From contig OZ024741.1 of assembly GCA_964016885.1 (NCBI GenBank), positions 410,936,001 through 411,000,000 of the forward strand: DNA of 64,000 bases, written 5' to 3'. This DNA is from Eledone cirrhosa. Lineage: Eukaryota. The notes below the pieces were generated by a model. The model was given only the letters and a program-made list of their open reading frames with translations. It did no database searches and had not been told where the DNA came from. Positions 24,901 to 38,200 of the stretch are shown here, piece after piece (position 1 is the first letter of the stretch; each line of letters opens with the position of its first letter). The translations under genes were made by a program, and so were the position numbers.

Positions 24901-27900
24901 AGTGTCTCGACAGCTAACAACTGACGCAGGTAGTTTGTTCCATGGAGGTTTTAAAGGATGCAGTGTCTCGACAGCTAACAACTGATGCAGGTAGTTTGTT
25001 CCATGGAGGTTTTAAAGGAGGCAGTGTCTCGGCAGCTAACAACTGATGCAGGTAGTTTGTTCCATGGAGGTTTTAAAGGATGCAGTGTCTTGACAGCTAT
25101 CAACTGATGCAGGTAGTTTGTTCCATGGAGGTTTTAAAGGATGCAGTGTCTCGACAGCTAACAACTGATGCAGGTAGTTTGTTCCATGGAGGTTTTAAAG
25201 GAGGCAGTGTCTTGACAGCTAACAACTGATGCAGGTAGTTTGTTCGGTGGAGGTTTTAAAGGAGGCAGTGTCTCGGCAACTAACAACTGATGCAGGTAGT
25301 TTGTTCCATGGAGGTTTTAAAGGATGCAGTGTCTCGGCAGCTAACAACTGATGCAGGTAGTTTGTTCCATGGAGGTTTTAAAGGATGCAGTGTCTCGACA
25401 GCTAACAACTGATGCAGGTAGTTTGTTCCATGGAGGTTTTAAAGGAGGCAGTGTCTCGGCAGCTAACAACTGATGCAGGTAGTTTGTTCCATGGAGGTTT
25501 TAAAGGATGCAGTGTCTCGGCAGCTAACAACTGATGCAGGTAGTTTGCTCCATAGAGGTTTTAAAGGAGGCAGTGTCTCGGCAGCTAACAACTGATGCAG
25601 GTAGTTTGTTCCATGGAGGTTTTAAAGGAGGCAGTGTCTCGGCAGCTAACAACTGATGCAGGTAGTTTGTTCCATGGAGGTTTTAAAGGATGCAGTGTCT
25701 CGGCAGCTAACAACTGATGCAGGTAGTTTGTTCCATGGAGGTTTTAAAGGATGCAGTGTCTCGGCAGCTAACAACTGATGCAGGTAGTTTGTTCCATGGA
25801 GGTTTTAAAGGATGCAGTGTCTCGACAGCTAACAACTGATGCAGGTAGTTTGTTCCATGGAGGTTTTAAAGGAGGCAGTGTCTCGGCAGCTAACAACTGA
25901 TGCAGGTAGTTTGTTCCATGGAGGTTTTAAAGGATGCAGTGTCTCGGCAACTAACAACTGATGCAGGTAGTTTGTGCCATGGAGGTTTTAAAGGATGCAG
26001 TGTCTCGGCAGCTAACAACTGATGCAGGTAGTTTGTTCCATGGAGGTTTTAAAGGATGCAGTGTCTTGACAGCTAACAACTGATGCAGGTAGTTTCTTCC
26101 ATGGAGGTTTTAAAGGATGCAGTGTCTCGACAGCTAACAACTGATGCAGGTAGTTTGTTCCATGGAGGTTTTAAAGGATGCAGTGTCTCGACAGCTAACA
26201 ACTGATGCAGGTAGTTTGTTCCATGGAGGTTTTAAAGTAAGCAGTGTCTCGACAGCTAACAACTGATGCAGGTAGTTTGTTCCATGGAGGTTTTAAAGGA
26301 TGCAGTGTCTTGACAGCTAATAACTGATGCAGGTAGTTTGTTCCATGGAGGTTTTAAGGGATGCAGTGTCTTGACAGCTAATAACTGATGCAGGTAGTTT
26401 GTTCCATGGAGGTTTTAAAGGATGCAGTGTCTCGACAGCTAACAACTGATGCAGGTAGTTTGTTCCATGGAGGTTTTAAAAGATGCAGTGTCTCGACAGC
26501 TAACAACTGATGCAGGTAGTTTGTTCCATGGAGGTTTTAAAGGATGCAGTGTCTCCACAGCTAACAACTGATGCAGGTAGTTTGTTCCATGGAGGTTTTA
26601 AAGGATGCAGTGTCTTGACAGCTAATAACTGATGCAGGTAGTTTGTTCCATGGAGGTTTTAAAGGATGTAGTGTCTCGACAGCTAACAACTGACGCAGGT
26701 AGTTTGTTCCATGGATGTTTTAAAGGATGCAGTGTCTCGACAGCTAACAACTGATGCAGGTAGTTTGTTCCATGGAGGTTTTAAAGGATGCAGTGTCTTG
26801 ACAGCTAATAACTGATGCAGGTAGTTTGTTCCATGGAGGTTTTAAGGGATGCAGTGTCTTGACAGCTAATAACTGATGAAGATAGTTTGTTCCATGGAGG
26901 TTTTAAAGAATGCAGTGTCTCGACGGCTAACAACTGAAGCAGGTGGTTTGTTCCATGGAGGTTTTAAAGGAGGCAGTGTCTCGGCAGCTAATAACTAATG
27001 CAGGTAGCTTGTTCCATGGAGGTTTTAAAGGAGGCAGTGTCTCGGCAGCTAACAACTGATGGAGGTAGTTTGTTCCATGGAGGTTTTAAAGGATGCAGTG
27101 TCTCGACAGCTAACAACTGATGCAGGGTGTTTGTTCCATGGAGGTTTTAATGGATGCAGTGTCTTGGCAGCTAACAACTGATGCAGGTAGTTTGTTCCAT
27201 GGAGGTTTTAAAGTAAGCAGTGTCTCGACAGCTAACAACTGATGCAGGTAGTTTGTTCCATGGAGGTTTTAAAGGATGCAGTGTCTTGACAGCTAATAAC
27301 TGATGCAGGTAGTTTGTTCCATGGAGGTTTTAAGGGATGCAGTGTCTTGACAGCTAATAACTGATGCAGGTAGTTTGTTCCATGGAGGTTTTAAAGGATG
27401 CAGTGTCTCGACAGCTAACAACTGATGCAGGTAGTTTGTTCCATGGAGGTTTTAAAAGATGCAGTGTCTCGACAGCTAACAACTGATGCAGGTAGTTTGT
27501 TCCATGGAGGTTTTAAAAGATGTAGTGTTTCGACAGCTAACAACTGACGCAGGTAGTTTGTTCCATGGGGGTTTTAAAGGATGCAGTGTCTCGACAGCTA
27601 ACAACTGATGCAGGTAGTTTGTTCCATGGAGGTTTTAAAGGAGGCAGTGTCTCGGCAGCTAACAACTGATGCAGGTAGCTTGTTCCATGGAGGTTTTAAA
27701 GGATGCAGTGTCTTGACAGCTATCAACTGATGCAGGTAGTTTGTTCCATGGAGGTTTTAAAGGATGCAGTGTCTCGACAGCTAACAACTGATGCAGGTAG
27801 TTTGTTCCATGGAGGTTTTAAAGGAGGCAGTGTCTTGACAGCTAACAACTGATGCAGGTAGTTTGTTCGGTGGAGGTTTTAAAGGAGGCAGTGTCTCGGC

Positions 27901-28430
27901 AACTAACAACTGATGCAGGTAGTTTGTTCCATGGAGGTTTTAAAGGATGCAGTGTCTCGGCAGCTAACAACTGATGCAGGTAGTTTGTTCCATGGAGGTT
28001 TTAAAGGATGCAGTGTCTCGACAGCTAACAACTGATGCAGGTAGTTTGTTCCATGGAGGTTTTAAAGGAGGCAGTGTCTCGGCAGCTAACAACTGATGCA
28101 GGTAGTTTGTTCCATGGAGGTTTTAAAGGATGCAGTGTCTCGGCAGCTAACAACTGATGCAGGTAGTTTGCTCCATAGAGGTTTTAAAGGAGGCAGTGTC
28201 TCGGCAGCTAACAACTGATGCAGGTAGTTTGTTCCATGGAGGTTTTAAAGGAGGCAGTGTCTCGGCAGCTAACAACTGATGCAGGTAGTTTGTTCCATGG
28301 AGGTTTTAAAGGATGCAGTGTCTCGGCAGCTAACAACTGATGCAGGTAGTTTGTTCCATGGAGGTTTTAAAGGATGCAGTGTCTCGGCAGCTATCAACTG
28401 ATGCAGGTAGTTTGTTCCATGGAGGTTTTA
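22000..28430. repeat. Block duplication with a 58-monomer offset
   Basis: The TGAAGC variant is at 23400 and 26938, GTCTCCAC at 23013 and 26551, and GTCTCGGCAGCTATC at 24843 and 28381. All offsets are 3538 = 58x61. Confidence 0.87.
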
Positions 28431-31400
28431 AAGGATGCAGTGTCTCGACAGCTAACAACTGATGCAGGTAGTTTGTTCCATGGAGGTTTTAAAGGAGGCA
28501 GTGTCTCGGCAGCTAACAACTGATGCAGGTAGTTTGTTCCATGGAGGTTTTAAAGGATGCAGTGTCTCGGCAACTAACAACTGATGCAGGTAGTTTGTGC
28601 CATGGAGGTTTTAAAGGATGCAGTGTCTCGGCAGCTAACAACTGATGCAGGTAGTTTGTTCCATGGAGGTTTTAAAGGATGCAGTGTCTTGACAGCTAAC
28701 AACTGATGCAGGTAGTTTCTTCCATGGAGGTTTTAAAGGATGCAGTGTCTCGACAGCTAATAACTGATGCAGGTAGTTTGTTCCATGGAGGTTTTAAAGG
28801 ATGCAGTGTCTCGACAGCTAGCAACTGATGCAGGTAGTTTGTTCCATGGAGGTTTTAAAGGATGCAGTGTCTCGACAGCTAACAACTGATGCATTTAGTT
28901 TGTTCCATGGAGGTTTTAAAGGATGCAGTGTCTCGACAGCTAACAACTGATGCAGGTAGTTTGTTCCATGGAGGTTTTAAAGGATGCAGTGTCTCGACAG
29001 CTAACAACTGATGCAGGTAGTTTGTTCCATGGAGGTTTTAAAGTAAGCAGTGTCTCGACAGCTAACAACTGATGCAGGTAGTTTGTTCCATGGAGGTTTT
29101 AAAGGATGCAGTGTCTTGACAGCTAATAACTGATGCAGGTAGTTTGTTCCATGGAGGTTTTAAGGGATGCAGTGTCTTGACAGCTAATAACTGATGCAGG
29201 TAGTTTGTTCCATGGAGGTTTTAAAGGATGCAGTGTCTCGACAGCTAACAACTGATGCAGGTAGTTTGTTCCATGGAGGTTTTAAAAGATGCAGTGTCTC
29301 GACAGCTAACAACTGATGCAGGTAGTTTGTTCCATGGAGGTTTTAAAGGATGCAGTGTCTCCACAGCTAACAACTGATGCAGGTAGTTTGTTCCATGGAG
29401 GTTTTAAAGGATGCAGTGTCTTGACAGCTAATAACTGATGCAGGTAGTTTGTTCCATGGAGGTTTTAAAGGATGTAGTGTCTCGACAGCTAACAACTGAC
29501 GCAGGTAGTTTGTTCCATGGATGTTTTAAAGGATGCAGTGTCTCGACAGCTAACAACTGATGCAGGTAGTTTGTTCCATGGAGGTTTTAAAGGATGCAGT
29601 GTCTTGACAGCTAATAACTGATGCAGGTAGTTTGTTCCATGGAGGTTTTAAGGGATGCAGTGTCTTGACAGCTAATAACTGATGCAGATAGTTTGTTCCA
29701 TGGAGGTTTTAAAGAATGCAGTGTCTCGACAGCTAACAACTGATGCAGGTGGTTTGTTCCATGGAGGTTTTAAAGGAGGCAGTGTCTCGGCAGCTAATAA
29801 CTAATGCAGGTAGCTTGTTCCATGGAGGTTTTAAAGGAGGCAGTGTCTCGGCAGCTAACAACTGATGGAGGTAGTTTGTTCCATGGAGGTTTTAAAGGAT
29901 GCAGTGTCTCGACAGCTAACAACTGATGCAGGGTGTTTGTTCCATGGAGGTTTTAATGGATGCAGTGTCTTGGCAGCTAACAACTGATGCAGGTAGTTTG
30001 TTCCATGGAGGTTTTAAAGTAAGCAGTGTCTCGACAGCTAACAACTGATGCAGGTAGTTTGTTCCATGGAGGTTTTAAAGGATGCAGTGTCTTGACAGCT
30101 AATAACTGATGCAGGTAGTTTGTTCCATGGAGGTTTTAAGGGATGCAGTGTCTTGACAGCTAATAACTGATGCAGGTAGTTTGTTCCATGGAGGTTTTAA
30201 AGGATGCAGTGTCTCGACAGCTAACAACTGATGCAGGTAGTTTGTTCCATGGAGGTTTTAAAAGATGCAGTGTCTCGACAGCTAACAACTGATGCAGGTA
30301 GTTTGTTCCATGGAGGTTTTAAAAGATGTAGTGTTTCGACAGCTAACAACTGACGCAGGTAGTTTGTTCCATGGGGGTTTTAAAGGATGCAGTGTCTCGA
30401 CAGCTAACAACTGATGCAGGTAGTTTGTTCCATGGAGGTTTTAAAGGAGGCAGTGTCTCGGCAGCTAACAACTGATGCAGGTAGCTTGTTCCATGGAGGT
30501 TTTAAAGGATGCAGTGTCTTGACAGCTATCAACTGATGCAGGTAGTTTGTTCCATGGAGGTTTTAAAGGATGCAGTGTCTCGACAGCTAACAACTGATGC
30601 AGGTAGTTTGTTCCATGGAGGTTTTAAAGGAGGCAGTGTCTTGACAGCTAACAACTGATGCAGGTAGTTTGTTCGGTGGAGGTTTTAAAGGAGGCAGTGT
30701 CTCGGCAACTAACAACTGATGCAGGTAGTTTGTTCCATGGAGGTTTTAAAGGATGCAGTGTCTCGGCAGCTAACAACTGATGCAGGTAGTTTGTTCCATG
30801 GAGGTTTTAAAGGATGCAGTGTCTCGACAGCTAACAACTGATGCAGGTAGTTTGTTCCATGGAGGTTTTAAAGGAGGCAGTGTCTCGGCAGCTAACAACT
30901 GATGCAGGTAGTTTGTTCCATGGAGGTTTTAAAGGATGCAGTGTCTCGGCAGCTAACAACTGATGCAGGTAGTTTGCTCCATAGAGGTTTTAAAGGAGGC
31001 AGTGTCTCGGCAGCTAACAACTGATGCAGGTAGTTTGTTCCATGGAGGTTTTAAAGGATGCAGTGTCTTGACAGCTAACAACTGATGCAGGTAGTTTGTT
31101 CCATGGAGGTTTTAAAGGATGCAGTGTCTTGACAGCTAATAACTGATGCAGGTAGTTTGTTCCATGGAGGTTTTAAGGGATGCAGTGTCTTGACAGCTAA
31201 TAACTGATGCAGGTAGTTTGTTCCATCGAGGTTTTAAAGGATGCAGTGTCTTGACAGCTAACAACTGATGCAGGTAGTTTGTTCGATGGAGGTTTAAAAA
31301 GATGCCGTGTCTCGACAGCTAACAACTGATGCAGGTAGTTTGTTCCATGGAGGTTTTAAAAGATGTAGTGTCTCGACAGCTAACAACTGACGCAGGTAGT

Positions 31401-34339
31401 TTGTTCCATGGAGGTTTTAAAGTATGCAGTGTCTCGACAGCTAACAACTGATGCAGGTAGTTTGTTCCATGGAGGTTTTAAAGGATGCAGTGTCTCGGCA
31501 GCTAACAACTGATGCAGGTAGTTTGTTCCATGGAGGTTTTAAAGGATGCAGTGTCTCGGCAGCTAACAACTGATGCAGGTAGTTTGTCCCATGGAGGTTT
31601 TAAAGGATGCAGTGTCTCGACAGCTAACAACTGATGCAGGTAGTTTGTTCCATGGAGGTTTTAAAGGAGGCAGTGTCTCGGCAGCTAACAACTGATGCAG
31701 GTAGTTTGTTCCATGGAGGTTTTAAAGGATGCAGTGTCTCGGCAACTAACAACTGATGCAGGTAGTTTGTGCCATGGAGGTTTTAAAGGATGCAGTGTCT
31801 CGGCAGCTAACAACTGATGCAGGTAGTTTGTTCCATGGAGGTTTTAAAGGATGCAGTGTCTTGACAGCTAACAACTGATGCAGGTAGTTTCTTCCATGGA
31901 GGTTTTAAAGGATGCAGTGTCTCGACAGCTAATAACTGATGCAGGTAGTTTGTTCCATGGAGGTTTTAAAGGATGCAGTGTCTCGACAGCTAACAACTGA
32001 TGCAGGTAGTTTGTTCCATGGAGGTTTTAAAGGATGCAGTGTCTCGACAGCTAACAACTGATGCATTTAGTTTGTTCCATGGAGGTTTTAAAGGATGCTG
32101 TGTCTCGACAGCTAACAAATGATGCAGGTAGTTTGTTCCATGGAGGTTTTAAAGGATGCAGTGTCTCGACAGCTAACAACTGATGCAGGTAGTTTGTTCC
32201 ATGGAGGTTTTAAAGGATGCAGTGTCTCGACAGCTAACAACTGATGCAGTTAGTTTGATCCATGGAGGTTTTAAAGGATGCAGTGTCTCGACAGCTAACA
32301 ACTGATGCACGTAGTTTGCTCCATGGAGGTTTTAAAGGATGCAGTGTCTCGACAGCTAACAACTGATGCAGGTAGTTTGTTCCATGGTGGTTTTAAAGGA
32401 TGCAGTGTCTTGACAGCTAATAACTGATGCAGGTAGTTTGTTCCATGGAGGTTTTAAAGGATGCAGTGTCTCGACATCTAACAACTGATGCAGGTAGTTT
32501 GTTCCATGGAGGTTTTAAAGGATGCAGTGTCTCGACAGCTAACAACTGATGCAGTTAGTTTGTTCCATGGAGGTTTTAAAGGATGCAGTGTCTCGACAGC
32601 TAACAACTGATGCAGGTAGTTTGTTCCATGGAGGTTTTAAAGGATGCAGTGTTTCGACACCTAATAACTGATGCAGGTAGTTTGTTCCATGGAGGTTTTA
32701 AAGGATGCAGTGTCTCGACAGCTAATAACTGATGCAGGTAGTTTGTTCCATGGAGGTTTTAAAGGATGCAGTGTCTCGACAGCTAACAACTGATGCAGGT
32801 AGTTTGTTCCATGGAGGTTTTAAAGGATGCAGTGTCTCGACAGCTAACAACTGATGCATTTAGTTTGTTCCATGGAGGTTTTAAAGGATGCAGTGTCTCG
32901 ACAGCTAACAACTGACGCAGGTAGTTTGTTCCATGGAGGTTTTAAAGGATGCAGTGTCTCGACAGCTAACAACTGATGCAGGTAGTTTGTTCCATGGAGG
33001 TTTTAAAGGATGCAGTGTCTCGACAGCTAACAACTGATGCAGTTAGTTTGTTCCATGGAGGTTTTAAAGGATGCAGTGTCTCGACAGCTAACAACTGATG
33101 CACGTAGTTTGCTCCATGGAGGTTTTAAAGGATGCAGTGTCTCGACAGCTAACAACTGATGCAGGTAGTTTGTTCCATGGATGTTTTAAAGGATGCAGTG
33201 TCTCGACAGCTAACAACTGATGCAGGTAGTTTGTTCCATGGAGGTTTTAAAGGATGCAGTGTCTTGACAGCTAATAACTGATGCAGGTAGTTTGTTCCAT
33301 GGAGGTTTTAAGGGATGCACTGTCTTGACAGCTAATAACTGATGCAGATAGTTTGTTCCATGGAGGTTTTAAAGAATGCAGTGTCTCGACAGCTAACAAC
33401 TGATGCAGGTGGTTTGTTCCATGGAGGTTTTAAAGGAGGCAGTGTCTCGGCAGCTAATAACTAATGCAGGTAGCTTGTTCCATGGAGGTTTTAAAGGAGG
33501 CAGTGTCTCGGCAGCTAACAACTGATGCAGGTAGTTTGTTCCATGGAGGTTTTAAAGGATGCAGTGTCTCGACAGCTAACAACTGATGCAGGGTGTTTGT
33601 TCCATGGAGGTTTTAATGGATGCAGTGTCTTGGCAGCTAACAACTGATGCAGGTAGTTTGTTCCATGGAGGTTTTAAAGTAAGCAGTGTCTCGACAGCTA
33701 ACAACTGATGCAGGTAGTTTGTTCCATGGAGGTTTTAAAGGATGCAGTGTCTTGACAGCTAATAACTGATGCAGGTAGTTTGTTCCATGGAGGTTTTAAG
33801 GGATGCAGTGTCTTGACAGCTAATAACTGATGCAGGTAGTTTGTTCCATGGAGGTTTTAAAGGATGCAGTGTCTCGACAGCTAACAACTGATGCAGGTAG
33901 TTTGTTCCATGGAGGTTTTAAAAGATGCAGTGTCTCGACAGCTAACAACTGATGCAGGTAGTTTGTTCCATGGAGGTTTTAAAAGATGTAGTGTTTCGAC
34001 AGCTAACAACTGACGCAGGTAGTTTGTTCCATGGAGGTTTTAAAGGATGCAGTGTCTCGACAGCTAACAACTGATGCAGGTAGTTTGTTCCATGGAGGTT
34101 TTAAAGGAGGCAGTGTCTCGGCAGCTAACAACTGATGCAGGTAGTTTGTTCCATGGAGGTTTTAAAGGATGCAGTGTCTTGACAGCTATCAACTGATGCA
34201 GGTAGTTTGTTCCATGGAGGTTTTAAAGGATGCAGTGTCTCGACAGCTAACAACTGATGCAGGTAGTTTGTTCCATGGAGGTTTTAAAGGAGGCAGTGTC
34301 TTGACAGCTAACAACTGATGCAGGTAGTTTGTTCGGTGG

Positions 34340-37300
34340 AGGTTTTAAAGGAGGCAGTGTCTCGGCAACTAACAACTGATGCAGGTAGTTTGTTCCATGG
34401 AGGTTTTAAAGGATGCAGTGTCTCGACAGCTAACAACTGATGCAGGTAGTTTGTTCCATGGAGGTTTTAAAGGAGGCAGTGTCTCGGCAGCTAACAACTG
34501 ATGCAGGTAGTTTGTTCCATGGAGGTTTTAAAGGATGCAGTGTCTCGGCAGCTAACAACTGATGCAGGTAGTTTGCTCCATAGAGGTTTTAAAGGAGGCA
34601 GTGTCTCGGCAGCTAACAACTGATGCAGGTAGTTTGTTCCATGGAGGTTTTAAAGGATGCAGTGTCTTGACAGCTAACAACTGATGCAGGTAGTTTGTTC
34701 CATGGAGGTTTTAAAGGATGCAGTGTCTTGACAGCTAATATCTGATGCAGGTAGTTTGTTCCATGGAGGTTTTAAGGGATGCAGTGTCTTGACAGCTAAT
34801 AACTGATGCAGGTAGTTTGTTCCATCGAGGTTTTAAAGGATGCAGTGTCTCGACAGCTAACAACTGATGCAGGTAGTTTGTTCGATGGAGGTTTAAAAAG
34901 ATGCCGTGTCTCGACAGCTAACAACTGATGCAGGTAGTTTGTTCCATGGAGGTTTTAAAAGATGTAGTGTCTCGACAGCTAACAACTGACGCAGGTAGTT
35001 TGTTCCATGGAGGTTTTAAAGTATGCAGTGTCTCGACAGCTAACAACTGATGCAGGTAGTTTGTTCCGTGGAGGTTTTAAAGGATGCAGTGTCTCGGCAG
35101 CTAACAACTGATGCAGGTAGTTTGTTCCATGGAGGTTTTAAAGGATGCAGTGTCTCGGCAGCTAACAACTGATGCAGGTAGTTTGTTCCATGGAGATTTT
35201 AAAGGATGCAGTGTCTCGACAGCTAACAACTGATGCAGGTAGTTTGATCCATGGAGGTTTTAAAGGATGCAGTGTCTCGACAGCTAACAACTGATGCACG
35301 TAGTTTGCTCCATGGAGGTTTTAAAGGATGCAGTGTCTCGACAGCTAACAACTGATGCAGGTAGTTTGTTCCATGGTGGTTTTAAAGGATGCAGTGTCTT
35401 GACAGCTAATAACTGATGCAGGTAGTTTGTTCCATGGAGGTTTTAAAGGATGCAGTGTCTCGACAGCTAACAACTGATGCAGGTAGTTTGTTCCATGGAG
35501 GTTTTAAAGGATGCAGTGTCTCGACAGCTAACAACTGATGCAGTCAGTTTGTTCCATGGAGGTTTTAAAGGATGCAGTGTCTCGACAGCTAACAACTGAT
35601 GCAGGTAGTTTGTTCCATGGAGGTTTTAAAGGATGCAGTGTCTCGACAGCTAACAACTGATGCAGGTAGTTTGTTCCATGGTGGTTTTAAAGGATGCAGT
35701 GTCTTGACAGCTAATAACTGATGCAGGTAGTTTGTTCCATGGAGGTTTTAAAGGATGCAGTGTCTCGACATCTAACAACTGATGCAGGTAGTTTGTTCCA
35801 TGGAGGTTTTAAAGGATGCAGTGTCTCGACAGCTAACAACTGATGCAGTTAGTTTGTTCCATGGAGGTTTTAAAGGATGCAGTGTCTCGACAGCTAACAA
35901 CTGATGCAGGTAGTTTGTTCCATGGAGGTTTTAAAGGATGCAGTGTTTCGACACCTAACAACTGATGCAGGTAGTTTGTTCCATGGAGGTTTTAAAGGAT
36001 GCAGTGTCTCGACAGCTAACAACTGATGCATTTAGTTTGTTCCATGGAGGTTTTAAAGGAGGCAGTGTCTCGGCAGCTAACAACTGATGCAGGTAGTTTG
36101 TTCCATGGAGGTTTTAAAGGATGCAGTGTCTTGACAGCTATCAACTGATGCAGGTAGTTTGTTCCATGGAGGTTTTAAAGGATGCAGTGTCTCGACAGCT
36201 AACAACTGATGCAGGTAGTTTGTTCCATGGAGGTTTTAAAGGATGCAGTGTCTTGACAGCTAATAACTGATGCAGGTAGTTTGTTCCATGGAGGTTTTAA
36301 GGGATGCAGTGTCTTGACAGCTAATAACTGATGCAGGTAGTTTGTTCCATGGAGGTTTTAAAGGATGCAGTGTCTCGACAGCTAACAACTGATGCAGGTT
36401 GTTTGTTCCATGGAGGTTTTAAAAGATGCAGTGTCTCGACAGCTAACAACTGATGCAGGTAGTTTGTTCCATGGAGGTTTTAAAGGAGGCAGTGTCTCGG
36501 CAACTAACAACTGATGCAGGTAGTTTGTTCCATGGAGGTTTTAAAGGATGCAGTGTCTCGACAGCTAACAACTGATGCAGGTAGTTTGTTCCATGGAGGT
36601 TTTAAAGGAGGCAGTGTCTCGGCAGCTAACAACTGATGCAGGTAGTTTGTTCCATGGAGGTTTTAAAGGATGCAGTGTCTCGGCAGCTAACAACTGATGC
36701 AGGTAGTTTGCTCCATAGAGGTTTTAAAGGAGGCAGTGTCTCGGCAGCTAACAACTGATGCAGGTAGTTTGTTCCATGGAGGTTTTAAAGGATGCAGTGT
36801 CTTGACAGCTAACAACTGATGCAGGTAGTTTGTTCCATGGAGGTTTTAAAGGATGCAGTGTCTTGACAGCTAATATCTGATGCAGGTAGTTTGTTCCATG
36901 GAGGTTTTAAGGGATGCAGTGTCTTGACAGCTAATAACTGATGCAGGTAGTTTGTTCCATCGAGGTTTTAAAGGATGCAGTGTCTCGACAGCTAACAACT
37001 GATGCAGGTAGTTTGTTCGATGGAGGTTTAAAAAGATGCCGTGTCTCGACAGCTAACAACTGATGCAGGTAGTTTGTTCCATGGAGGTTTTAAAAGATGT
37101 AGTGTCTCGACAGCTAACAACTGACGCAGGTAGTTTGTTCCATGGAGGTTTTAAAGTATGCAGTGTCTCGACAGCTAACAACTGATGCAGGTAGTTTGTT
37201 CCATGGAGGTTTTAAAGGATGCAGTGTCTCGGCAGCTAACAACTGATGCAGGTAGTTTGTTCCATGGAGGTTTTAAAGGATGCAGTGTCTCGGCAGCTAA

Positions 37301-38200
37301 CAACTGATGCAGGTAGTTTGTTCCATGGAGGTTTTAAAGGATGCAGTGTCTCGACAGCTAACAACTGATGCAGGTAGTTTGATCCATGGAGGTTTTAAAG
37401 GATGCAGTGTCTCGACAGCTAACAACTGATGCACGTAGTTTGCTCCATGGAGGTTTTAAAGGATGCAGTGTCTCGACAGCTAACAACTGATGCAGGTAGT
37501 TTGTTCCATGGTGGTTTTAAAGGATGCAGTGTCTTGACAGCTAATAACTGATGCAGGTAGTTTGTTCCATGGAGGTTTTAAAGGATGCAGTGTCTCGACA
37601 GCTAACAACTGATGCAGGTAGTTTGTTCCATGGAGGTTTTAAAGGATGCAGTGTCTCGACAGCTAACAACTGATGCAGTTAGTTTGTTCCATGGAGGTTT
37701 TAAAGGATGCAGTGTCTCGACAGCTAACAACTGATGCAGGTAGTTTGTTCCATGGAGGTTTTAAAGGATGCAGTGTCTCGACAGCTAACAACTGATGCAG
37801 GTAGTTTGTTCCATGGTGGTTTTAAAGGATGCAGTGTCTTGACAGCTAATAACTGATGCAGGTAGTTTGTTCCATGGAGGTTTTAAAGGATGCAGTGTCT
37901 CGACATCTAACAACTGATGCAGGTAGTTTGTTCCATGGAGGTTTTAAAGGATGCAGTGTCTCGACAGCTAACAACTGATGCAGTTAGTTTGTTCCATGGA
38001 GGTTTTAAAGGATGCAGTGTCTCGACAGCTAACAACTGATGCAGGTAGTTTGTTCCATGGAGGTTTTAAAGGATGCAGTGTTTCGACACCTAACAACTGA
38101 TGCAGGTAGTTTGTTCCATGGAGGTTTTAAAGGATGCAGTGTCTCGACAGCTAACAACTGATGCATTTAGTTTGTTCCATGGAGGTTTTAAAGGATGCAG
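34340..38200. repeat. Block duplication with a 35-monomer offset
   Basis: The TAATATCTG variant is at 34741 and 36876 (2135 = 35x61). TTCGATGG, GCCGTG, TGATCC, GACATCT and GACACCT markers follow collinearly. Confidence 0.8.
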